Below the pieces are notes generated by a model, which worked only from the letters and a program-made list of their open reading frames with translations, did not search any database and was not told the DNA's origin. A stretch of DNA of 64,000 nucleotides from Eledone cirrhosa (lineage: Eukaryota): assembly GCA_964016885.1 (NCBI GenBank), contig OZ024747.1:3100001-3164000 (forward strand), in the 5' to 3' direction. Positions 36,254-48,651 of this stretch are shown piece by piece (positions within the stretch are counted from its first letter, which is position 1; every line of letters begins with the position of its first letter). The position numbers were made by a program, and so were the translations under genes.

Positions 36254-38779
36254 TATAAAGCCTGGAAGGACATGTCAACAGGGAAACTTCTATACAAGCC
36301 TGTGGGGGAACACAGCCAGGTTTCTTCACCTGCTAGAAAAGCAGCCAGCTATTCCTTACATCACATACTACCATCTTAAATAAAAATGACACATTGGATA
36401 ACTTGATTTTAGGTAGAGAATTCCTGAAAACAAGTTAAGATATTTACAGTTGGAACACCTAACTGGTTACCTCAGTCACTACTGATGTGGGTGCTAAACA
36501 GCAACAGCTCTATTTGTATAATAAAGAAATATTTCAACATTAAATGCTGCAACATATTTAGTGAAATAAGCAACTAACAATAACAATGATTTCACTAACA
36601 CTTATGCCATCTTCAAAATTGTCTGGCATAGAGGTTTGGGACTGAGCTTGTTTCCTCAAGTAGTTTTAGTAGATTCAACTTAAATGATACACATTTCAAG
36701 TGAAGGTTTGACATCTATTTCCCAAATACTCCATGTAAAATTTTGATTCTAGCAGAATGTGATCTTAATCTATCTTTTCCTGAAATTTGTAATAACTCAG
36801 AAAAGGTTAAAATCATTAACTATAAATAAATTTGTGCACGTGTTCATGCATGCGCACAAACATACACACATTAATAGACCCAACTTACCAACACAACACA
36901 CAAACATTTATCCTAGCTAAGCTGGGAAGAAATATCATTAAAATTGTGTGTTTACTTGTGAAGCATAGTGGGAATTTCAACATTACATTTTGACATATTT
37001 GAAAGATGTTTTAAACCACTGTTGAATTGTTTATTTCTGAGTATTAATAGCTGTTTTTGCTTGTACAATATGTTAAAATCTGAAAATATTTTTAGTACCT
37101 CTTTTATTGACTAGATATTGTCTCCATACAATATCAAAATGCTATCAATAATAGTAGCTAACCATTAGCTGATTAGAGTAATATTCAGTTAATACTGGTT
37201 AGAAGTTAATGTCCATGGCAGTAACTTGGCTTAGCAATAGATAACAGCAGCAAGGTTACTTAGACTATTTATGTTGCAATACAAACATAGTCACCATAGT
37301 AACGAAACCATCCTGATTGGAGAGATGCACTCTTGATGAGGCCATAAATACCTCAGACTTATATATGTATTTAAAAAATCATTGAAGACTAAGTCAATCG
37401 ACATAAAAACTTTCAATACCAACAATATCACATCTCTAACCTTTTGACATTACAAGTTGAATACTAGATTTGAATAACAACTTTTGATATTTTTATAACA
37501 ATCAAATATAATCGATAAGTCTTTCTTTACTAATGTAAGGTCAAGGTTCAAATATTCAGCAATATTTATTTTTATCAGATGCATTCATTACAAAGCCTTT
37601 CACAATACTAATGAAATTAATTAGGTTATTTAATCAATATGTTTGTCCAGTAGTAAAATCAAATATATAATAGCTAATTTTCTATAAATAGACTACAAGT
37701 ACAAAAGCTAAAATTGTACTCATTAAGTCAACAATAAAAGAAGTTTGCCAAAGTTTTTTTTTTTTTTCTAATTATTAACAATTATGTGAAGATGTTAAAT
37801 CTTCCCAGTAAAACATCCCTTTTAAATAATAAAGGATCTTGTAAGCTAAGAAGGCCAAAATTATTCATATGCTCACGTGTCTGCAAAATTATGTAATTTT
37901 TAGCTTTAGATAGGAAAAATCACCTTGAAAGATTACCAACTTCCAAGCAAGGTTATGACTCTCAAAATATCAATAGAATTACTTCTAACACTATTATTAT
38001 AAGAAATAAAATTTCATTGTAAAAGATTAAAATAAATTGCCCAGAAATTGCTTGTGATATTTTGAACTTGCATTTTATTCTTAAGTATACTTCCAAAATA
38101 TAGGTTCTTGATTGGCACTAATCCAATTGAACAATATTCCTTTATTTATGAAATCAATAAGGACACTAATTATTCCACATACTAATTCTAAAAATGTTTC
38201 AGTAAGCACATTTCTAATACACTGTCAACTGACACTTAATAACATATAACATTTTTCAATCACTACATCATTGAATGTCTTGTGAATACTAAAATAAAAC
38301 AATAATTAGATTAAAATTTCAAGAATCTTTAACAATATTCATAAGAAGAATACTGTCAATAAAACTGATAGTAGAGTGGTCTTATCTATAAATGAGAAAA
38401 TCAATAATCCCCTCTGCCCATGTTATTGATTCTTTATTCTGAGACATAGATCTGTATTTCTCGGACTCTCATACTGACTACTCGAAATTTTAACTGAGAT
38501 ATTTCATAATCAATATCTATGTATGAATCTATGCTAAGATAAGCAAAAGAGAAAAGTCTAAAATAACTGAATTTTCAGCTTCTTTAAATAAACAGAATTT
38601 TTCTTTTTCCATTCTAAGATAACTTTGGCAATTTTTTTTAGAAATATTGATTTTTTTTAGCATTCATTTATTTGTTTTCAATAAACAGTTAAAGTAAATT
38701 CCACCACTATCTAGTATGAATTAAAGAGTAAGTTTAATATGTATACATATATGTATTATGGAGTATTTGTGGGATTATA

Positions 38780-39068
38780 TGTGACTCATCACTTCATTAA
38801 ATCTACTTCTTTACAGCAGGAATCAGAGGCAGAGTTTCCGTTTCCCTTCCATGGGAACCATAAACAGCCTGTCATTGGCTGCCGCAGACGTTACATACAC
38901 ATTATAGTTGATAGAATTACAGACCTCACTCTCATACCTACACAACTTCATATAGAAAGACACTCAGTTCTGCTTGCACACAACAGCAGCAGTAAAGATA
39001 TAACTCTACAGCAGGATACACATTTCAATTAATGACACATTGAATACTATTTACCTTCTCTGGTAAGT
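38780..39068 (+). promoter_or_regulatory. Candidate promoter and non-coding first exon of PcdhB
   Basis: A repeat-free island containing TGACTCA (38782-38788), ATTGG (38874), an Inr-like TCAGTT (38964-38969) and a consensus donor TG|GTAAGT at 39063. The coding exon begins at an acceptor (48605), so an upstream exon is expected. Confidence 0.45.
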
Positions 39069-39319
39069 GCTTAATTCATTTTAATTTATAATTTTACTAT
39101 CAAAACCCATTATGTGAATATAGACAATTTATTAACATTTTCTAAATATTTTTCCCAGTTATGCAATATACAGAGAAAACATTACTATTAGTTATTTATC
39201 TATTTTTAGAAATTTACTTAGAATTAATTGTACCTAAATCATATAATATATTTCAGAAATGATGCAGTATTACATACTGTTTGGCAAATCACTTTTACAT
39301 TTTGAAAGTGTTCAGACAT

Positions 39320-40249
39320 ACTTGCACAAACTTACACACATAAACACACACAAGCATACAGTGAAACATACATACATACACACAAAACAAACTTAAACAA
39401 AGAAGTGTATATTTATAAATATATATAAATAAAGATATATTTACACACTTATATGTATACAAACACACACACACAAACACACACACACACACACACATAC
39501 ACACTCACACATATATATTTATGTGTGTGTGAGTGTTTGTGTGTATGTGTGTATATATCTATATATATATATTTATATATATACCAAAGCACATATATAT
39601 ATATATATTTATCTATTTATAAAAGTGGTATTTTTATTTATATGTATACATGCATATATATATGTACACACACACAAATATACCTGTGTATTATATATAT
39701 ATACATATAATCTTATATATATATAATCTTATTGATACATATGTATATATAATACTCTATACATACAATCATACACACAAAAATACATACATACATATAT
39801 ACAAAAATACATATGCATGCACAAAGATACCCCTCCACACTCACACACACCCACACACACTCACACACACACACACACACACTCACACTCACACACACAC
39901 ACTCACACACACTCACACACACACACACATATATATATATGTATGAGAAAATGTATATCTTTAAATGTTTAATCTGTAATAATACTGTTCCTATCTACCA
40001 CTCTAAAAAATAGGGAGACATAACATATTTGGTATTGTACTTACACAACTTATATATATAAACTCACACACTCACACACACACACATGTACATACATATA
40101 TATATATATATATATATAAGCAACAGATACATATGTACAAACACTCATATAATATATATGTATATATAAATATATACATACACACACAAACTCACACAGA
40201 TGCATGTATATATATATATATATAATTTTAAACAGGATACACACCACAG

Positions 40250-40309
<60 letters not shown>

Positions 40310-40320
40310 TATATACATAT
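39320..40320. repeat. Compound (CA)/(TA) low-complexity tract
   Basis: Seen directly in the sequence. Confidence 0.85.
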
Positions 40321-40321
40321 A

Positions 40322-40700
40322 ATGGCTTCGTGGTTAGAGCATTTGGCTTTCAGTCGAAAGGTTGTGAGTTCAATTCTCAGACCTGGTGATGTGTTGTTTC
40401 CTTGAGCAAGACACTTTATTTCACATTGCTCCAGTTTACTCAGCTGTAGAAATGAGATGATAGGACTGGAGTCCCTATCATTCCACTACAAAGTGGTCGT
40501 GGAGGTGCCACGGAAAAAAAGCACCCAGCACTCACTGTAAATGAGGTTGGTGTTAGGAAGGGCATCCAGCTGTAGAAATCAAGCCAGAATCAGTTCCCAT
40601 ATAAGCAAGACAAGGTCAGCTGACCGAACACTACCCACAACAGGACAAACTGTCTAACCCATGCTAGCGTGGAAGAACGGACGTAAAACGGTGATGATGA
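40322..40700 (+). mobile_element. tRNA-derived SINE, family 2 (full length)
   Basis: A box TGGCTTCGTGG, B box GAGTTCAATTC and CORE-like CCTTGAGCAAGACACTT. It continues GGTTGGTGTTAGGAAGGGCATCCAGC to an RTE-like tail GGACGTAAAACG(ATG)n. Confidence 0.85.
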
Positions 40701-40709
40701 TATATATAC

Positions 40710-40786
<77 letters not shown>

Positions 40787-40787
40787 A

Positions 40788-40831
<44 letters not shown>

Positions 40832-41784
40832 TGAAAACTTTTAGATTTTATTTCTTCTTTTATTTTATAACTTTAAAAAAAGTTAAAGATTGTTTAAAGA
40901 CCCTTAAGGGTATTTTCAAACCCCCAAAACCCTTCTTTTTATATATATATATATATATAATGTGTGTGTGTGTGTTTGTATGTATATATATGTGTATATA
41001 TATATATATATGATGATGATGTACTTATGTGTGTGTGTATATATATAATATGCATTACTAAGCAGTACCCCAGAATTGTTGCAATTTAATGACAGAAATC
41101 ATTAACTGAAAGAAAAACACTTGAAAAAAAGGTAAAAAATTAAATAAAACTTCCTTCGGGTTAAAGGTAGAATAGAAATGGCTTTAAGGAAAGTAAAAAG
41201 AAGGAGAAGAAGACAGAAATGAGGCAAGGAAAGAATGGATGTGGATGGTGTGACAGACTATACACCCCAGTCTGAACAGTATGTTTCAGGTGCGTCTTGT
41301 GAACAAAATAGTGATGACATTTCCACAGAATGGCCAGTGACACTCACTGCAACAGCTACCCTATCTTATGGGGCTTCCTTCCTCAGGTGGGCTGCTGCCT
41401 TCCCTATTTTGCAGAGGAAAAAATACCAATGTGAGGACCAAGGGCAACTAAGTTGTTGACTCTGACTGGCATAAAAAGGAAGGGATATGTCAAGTGCTGG
41501 TATTTGGAAATCAAATTAAAATATTAGACAGACCCTTATTGTGTAAAAGATGGTACAATTCCTGAAAGAGACTGACCATTTTTAATTTAGTTGAGCATCA
41601 TCAATCAGTTCGGATGATTCTGATATGAAGTACATACAAACACACATATATATATTGCATTAGGAAGGGCATCAGTTCTGTATGAGCAAGACATGGTCAC
41701 CTTACCTGGCATTTCTTACAACAGGACCACCCGTCTAACCCATGCTAGCGTGGAAAAATGAACATTAAATAGTGATGATGATGA

Positions 41785-41819
<35 letters not shown>

Positions 41820-41898
41820 TTCATTGATATATATATACACATATTCATTCATATATATATATATGTGCATATATATATATATATATATATTCATTCAT

Positions 41899-41970
<72 letters not shown>

Positions 41971-42656
41971 TCATATATATATATGTGCATATATATATAT
42001 ACACATATGGTGGTAAAAAAACTCTTAGTGACCTGGACAGCAGAATGTCTTCAGAGAATATATCCCTCTCAAGCAAGTGTTTTAGCCTTTCTATGAATTA
42101 AAATGTCTCTCTGACCACTTCTGCTGCTGATGTCAGCCATTGAAATTACATATCATGTGGTGTTAAATTCAAGTAAGAAATCAAATTGCAACAGTGCAAG
42201 TTCAAATTATGGTTGTGACCACAATGTTATGTTCTTTTTTATAAGTATGTCACTATAATTGTATGCATATATATATATATGTTTGTGTGTGTATATATAT
42301 ATATATGTGTTTGTGTGTGTATATATATATATATATGTTTGTGTGTGTATATATATATATATGTTTGTGTGTGTATATATATATATTTAATGCGTTGAAA
42401 TATCCATGACCCCCAGCAGACAAGTGATGAAGGAAAATTTTCTCCCGTTCTTGATTTCCTCTTATTTATAAGTACACTCTATCCATCAACTACACGGCCC
42501 CTGCTTATTCTTATATATATATAATGTAATGTAATAAATATATATATATATATAAGGATTAAAATACTGGAGCGTGTTGGAGTTAAACACCCTCTTCGTA
42601 TTATAGAAATGACAGTAAAAGGTATAGCTCAATGTAATTAAACAGAGCCGAAGAAT

Positions 42657-42687
<31 letters not shown>

Positions 42688-43190
42688 ACTTATATGTACA
42701 TATATCTATATCCATCTATCTATCTCTCTCTCTCTCTCGCACCCTATATATATATGTATTTGCATATGTGTGTGTGTATATATATGTATATATATATATA
42801 TGTGTGTGTATGATAACATATTGCAACTGTTCCTGGTTGTGAGGGCATTGGTAATTAATGGAGAATATTATGATTCTGTCACTGATGAACAGTGTAATTC
42901 TAAATAGAATAACTATGACTTGTTTACTAATATCAGAATATTCAAACATTAACACACACGAATACCATATGTGAAACCAATTATGACCATCAATTAAACC
43001 TATTTCAACCATTCAGTAATTTTAAATCAGACATCCACCATTTTTTACCACTCTCATGGTCGTTTATGAGCGGTGTTAAGCATTTGACCAATATGTCCCT
43101 ATTATGAGCATTATATTTCTGAATATGAAGCTGCGTTGGCCTCGAAATGTCAACAGACACATTGATCTATGAGCATTATTGTTCCAAACA

Positions 43191-43378
43191 GGGCGGTGGA
43201 TTGGCAGTATTGGTAGAGGGTCGGACGCCATATTTGACGTATAGAGTTACGACCCTTGCCATTCTGAGTTCAAATTCCGCCGAGGTTAACTTTGCCTTTC
43301 ATCCTTACGGGGTCGATAAAATAAAGTACCAGTAATGCACTGGGTAATTGCTGGCCTTGTGCCAAACGTAGAAACAAT
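43191..43378 (+). mobile_element. tRNA-derived SINE, family 1
   Basis: Full-length copy with a 16-bp TSD ATTATTGTTCCAAACA. Confidence 0.92.
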
Positions 43379-43559
43379 TATTGTTCCAAACAAAGCATAG
43401 AGTACTAATAAGAAAATACTAAAAATCTTTAATAGAAATTATCAAACTGGAGAATTGTCATAATAATTTCAATATAACATATACAACTATATATGTACAT
43501 TTGCCCCCTGAGAGATTGGACATTAAATGATGACATATATATATATATATATATATTTA

Positions 43560-43785
43560 TAAATACACAGTCCACGCTGTAATGTGGTCGTATAGGTAAC
43601 ATGGTAAAAAGGTCCCAGTCCACACTGTAAATGTGGTTGGTGTTAGGAAGGGCATCCAGCCGTAGAAAACCTGCCAGATAGTCCTATACAAGCGAGACAC
43701 AGTCACCTGACCAATCTTGCCTCAAATGGGACAATTCCCGTCTAACCCATGCTAGCATGAAAGATAGATGTTAAACGATGATGAT
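43560..43785 (+). mobile_element. Family-2 SINE 3' half
   Basis: GGTTGGTGTTAGGAAGGGCATCCAGC...CCCATGCTAGCATG...(ATG)n. Similar fragments lie at about 41655-41787 (+) and 45585-45850 (-). Confidence 0.75.
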
Positions 43786-43896
43786 ATATATATATATATA
43801 TATACATATTTATAGATGGGTGTATGAATGTGTAGTATAAATAAAGTGGTTTCATATAACAACCATGCTAGAGATGGATCATTATTATCACAGTAT

Positions 43897-44063
43897 AGGT
43901 AGAGGGTCGGACGCCATGCTTTCCAGCATAGTTAAGTCCCTTTATGATCTGAGTTCAAATCCCGCCGAGGTTGACTTTGCCTTTCATCCTAACGGGGTCG
44001 ATAAAATAAAGTACCAGTAATGCACTGGGTAATTGCTGGCCTTGTGCCTAAAGTAGAAACAAT
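43897..44063 (+). mobile_element. tRNA-derived SINE, family 1
   Basis: 12-bp TSD ATTATTATCACA. Confidence 0.9.
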
Positions 44064-44587
44064 TATTATCACATTCCGTTACTAGTTCTTTATGCCTAGT
44101 TTACAACTATGACATTCTTAAATCCACGTCTATTAACATTTAGAAACCTTTATGACTCCCTCTCCAGAATCAGAATAGTCATACTAGTGTTGTATTGGTC
44201 ATGTTTAGTCTAAAGTATGTCTCCAGTCTGCAGTCTCATCAGGGCTCTCTTTATCCCAGTTTATGTGGTGTGAAGCAACTGAGAGTACAAGACTTCTCAG
44301 TGGACAGGACACCAGTCCATTCCAGGGTTAAACCCTCAGGTATTACTGCTACTCATTTTCAGCTGAGTATACTTAGCAACATAAAATGAAGTGTTTTACT
44401 CAAGAACACAACACATATCCCCAGAATCAAACTTACAACATTATGATCATAAGTCCAACACCCTTACCACTAGGCCATGTAGCCCTACATAATATTTAGT
44501 AGTATGATAGGAATGGTAAGAGATCATGCAGTTATTATAGCTGTTTTAACTTCACATATGCTGTATCTGTGAATTAATTAATGGTTT

Positions 44588-44786
44588 ACAATGGTCAGAT
44601 GAAAAGTTCATAGGCTGACAAGATACTTTCATGGAATAGTCAAATAAGGTTTATTTTTCAACATACTCCCTAGAAAGGAACAATACAATTATTTATAAGA
44701 AGAGTTGAAATTAATGCATGCAAGATTTCAGAGCCCTAGCATCATTCTTTCAGAGTTAGCTTATGAACTTTTTAACTGACCTTCAT
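44588..44786. mobile_element. Tc1/mariner-derived MITE
   Basis: TIRs GGTCAGATGAAAAGTTCATAGGCTGAC / GTTAGCTTATGAACTTTTTAACTGACC. Confidence 0.6.
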
Positions 44787-44954
44787 TTATTCTGATATTA
44801 CCAGAGGCTCCATAGTGGTCTACATTGTTTTGTGTTGAGTCTTATAAAGAATTGTAGAATTATGAACTAATGAAGTCCTATCTAATACTTTCACATGTAT
44901 TGTATGGAAATGTATTGCAATGACTCTTTGTTGTAAATAAATGGTTGATGATGT

Positions 44955-45473
44955 GACAAATGTAACAATGTAGTGCTTATGAGACCAATGTGACAGGGTA
45001 GTGCTTATATGACCAATGTGACAGGGTAGTGCTTATATGACCAATGTGACAGGGTAGTGCTTATATGACCAATGAGACAGTGTAGTGTTTATGTGACCAA
45101 TGTAACAGGGTAGTGTTTATGTGACCGATGTAACAGGGTAGTGTTTATGTGACCAATGTAACAGGGTAGTGTTTATTTGACCAATGTAACAGGGTAGTGT
45201 TTATTTGACCAATGTAACAGGGTAGTGTTTATGTGACCAATGTAACAGGGTAGTGTTTATTTGACCAATGTGACAGGGTAGTGTTTATGTGACCAATGTA
45301 ACAATGTAGTGTTTATGTGACCAATGTGACAGTGTAGTGTTTATGTGACCAATGTGACAGTGTAGTGTTTATGTGACCAATGTAACAATGTAGTGTTTAT
45401 GTGACCAATGTGACAGTGTAGTGTTTATGTGACCAATGTAACAATGTAGTGTTTATGTGACCAATGTAACAAT
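44955..45473. repeat. 28-bp minisatellite (GACCAATGTRACAGGGTAGTGTTTATGT), about 18 copies
   Basis: Seen directly; variant units occur in contiguous blocks. Confidence 0.95.
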
Positions 45474-47367
45474 TTGGGTTTTGAAGTTCAGAACTTTCAT
45501 GTTTGTATTGAAATTTATATATCACATTGGGCATTTGCAATATGTTCTGTAATTTACACACACATATATATATTATCATCATCTTCATCATAGTTTTATA
45601 TCCATTTTTTCATGCTAGCATGGATTAGATGAATTGTCCTGTTGTGGGTTAGATGAGTTGTCCAAGACATGGTCAGGTGACCATGTCTTGCACATAAAGA
45701 ACTGATTTTGATTTGGTTTCTACAGCTGGATTCCCATCCTAATGCCAACCTCATTTACAGTGTGGACTGGGTTCTTTTTGTCATGTCACTAACACAACCA
45801 CTCTACAGTGAGTACTGGGTGCTTTTTGTCATGTCACCATCATGACCACAGTCCTAATCAATTACAACCAGCTTCCAATCTGGGATCAATTTCCTCATCA
45901 AATGCAGTGGAGGCCAGAATCAGAATATATTCATCTTAAGGCTCTGAACTGGTCAGTTATGAAACATGGGTTGTCATGTCCTCAGAATCACTAAATAGTC
46001 CTCTAAATTTAATGTAAACTCTGCTTTTCCATGTCAAAAGTGACTGATTGAAAATAGAAGGGTAGTAATAGCTGATTGACAGAGTAGAAGATATGAGTGT
46101 GTCTACCATGGGGAGTGTGATACAATATTTGAGGAGGAAGAGATACAGTGATAGTTATAAGTTTGTTGTTAGTCGGCATTGTGAAAGTTAGATAGAAAAC
46201 AGCATGAGCAATGTGATGTGTCATGGCTGGAAGGAGTAAGTGATGGATTGTGAGAGAAATTGATGATTGTAATTGAGAGAGGTGTATAACAGCTAAGAGT
46301 CACACATGGTGAGAAAGAATGATGGTTATTGGTTGAGGGTATTAAATCTAAACTGATCCGATGCCATCTTTTGTTACACAGGCATCAGGATAGGAGAAAA
46401 GAATAGTGATAATGATAACGGTTGACCACGGAAGAATTGAATCTAGACAGATCACATGACCCCACCTATTTCTCAGATTGTATGATACAGAGAATAGTGG
46501 GAGACAGGTGAGCAGTTAATTTCATCCTATATCTTCTTGGGCTCATTCTTCCACTCATTCTACTCAATTCAAGTACTCAACACATATATAACAAACAACC
46601 TCTATATTCATCACATGCCTATACCAGTGTTGTTTTCTCTTTTGCACACTATATCTGATTCCCTTTATTTTCACCTTTTCTCTATGCACACACACATACA
46701 CACACACACACAGACACACACATGCACATATACATGCATACATAAATACATATATTATTTATTATTTAAATAAATATTGGAAACTTAAACTGTAATTTAA
46801 ATATAAATCTTTATAAATATTTCTTAATATCAATCTCCAAACCTGTTTTGAGTCCTTTATATGTAAGTGGCTTCTAGTTTATATGTAACCCCTTAAATAT
46901 CTATCTATCTATTTCTCTCTTTCTCTCACTCTCTCAGTATATATATACTCATATCATTTACATACATATATACACATGCAAATACATAAATAAATACATA
47001 TTATATATATAAGTATAAGTATATTCATATTAACATATATACACATACTAATACACAAATAAATATATATCTACATATATACACACACAATAGCTTATCC
47101 ACATGTGTTTGAATGCACACAGAAACACATACATATAAATACAATAAAACACACATACATAGTTTCACACAAATAGATATATAGATATCAACTTAATAGA
47201 TCAATTGAAATATAACTGAATGTGTGTCTACATTTCAAAATTCCACAAATATAATGGCTGCTACAATTTTATTTATTTAATATTTAGTAAAATGTAATTT
47301 TACTAAATACACCTAAAATACTAAAGATTAATGGTAATGTTAATTCTCTGAAGGAAATATTTTCTCC

Positions 47368-47428
<61 letters not shown>

Positions 47429-47434
47429 TATACA

Positions 47435-47500
<66 letters not shown>

Positions 47501-47556
47501 GATATATTACCTCTCCCTCTGTATGTATATATATAGAGAGATAGAGAGATATACAT

Positions 47557-47625
<69 letters not shown>

Positions 47626-48279
47626 TACACCAGACTATTAAATATGTTGCTTTCTATGTAATATGAGCATTGTTTGTCAGCCTGTCTTTATATCTGAAAC
47701 AAATTTCATGATATATTGCTCTTATATTAATTTTTCTCATTAGAATAATACTTGCAGTTTTGAGAAAATGGCTTCGGTTTTCAAAACTAGTTTAAATGTG
47801 TTCATTTAATTGCATGCAATCTGACAGCAAAGCTTGCTTAAGAGATAAATTTTATCTTATATCAGAAACTGTTGTTGTAGTAGCTGATGTGCATTTTATT
47901 TTATTTTATTTTATTTCTTTAATTTCTTATGTGAAGCCAGCAAGATTTGCTAAGAATCTACTCTCCTAGTTGGCTAGTTTATCTCACCTTTTCTCTGCTG
48001 CTCATTCTATTTCTCACTCTATTTTCACTACTAGCCTGAGGAAATGATAGCTCTTAACTAGATTTTGCCACTACTGCAGATAAGGAAATATTAAATTGCT
48101 TTAATCAATGATAATGGATTTAGCTTTTCAGAATAGTAGCTTTTAACATTTCTATTTTTACGACTAATTGCTTACACTCAAGCATATTCTTACATCTTGC
48201 ACATTTAGGAAATTTATTTAATAATCGATTGGATAAAAGATATAGAAAGATATATTAAGATGTATGCAGTGTATGTGTG

Positions 48280-48314
<35 letters not shown>

Positions 48315-48651
48315 CATTATTGCATGCATTCATTATATTAAACTACACATGAGATATTGTTATTTCGACTGCTATTTCTCAGAGGAATTGCTAATTTATT
48401 TTGTTGTTCAGACAAAGTAGTTTTTACATTTCTAACCAGAGGCCATTCAACATTATTTAACATTTTCATTTTAGAAACATATTTATGATACAAAATTAAA
48501 ACTGTTTGAAAACTCTAAATGATGATAAAGATAATTTATTTTCTTCCTATAATCAATATTAAACACAATGATTTTGTTCTAAATAATATAAACATTTTAT
48601 TTCAGATGTATTCATGCTTCTTCCTCAAGATATAAATTTATAGATAAGAAC

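Noticed and set aside
38949-38958. TATA box for the candidate promoter
   Set aside because: TATAGAAA is only about 15 nt from the Inr-like motif, not the expected 30 or so.
40322-40390. tRNA gene
   Set aside because: The A/B boxes are the head of a SINE. They continue into the SINE body and no intact cloverleaf is evident. The same applies to family-1 heads.
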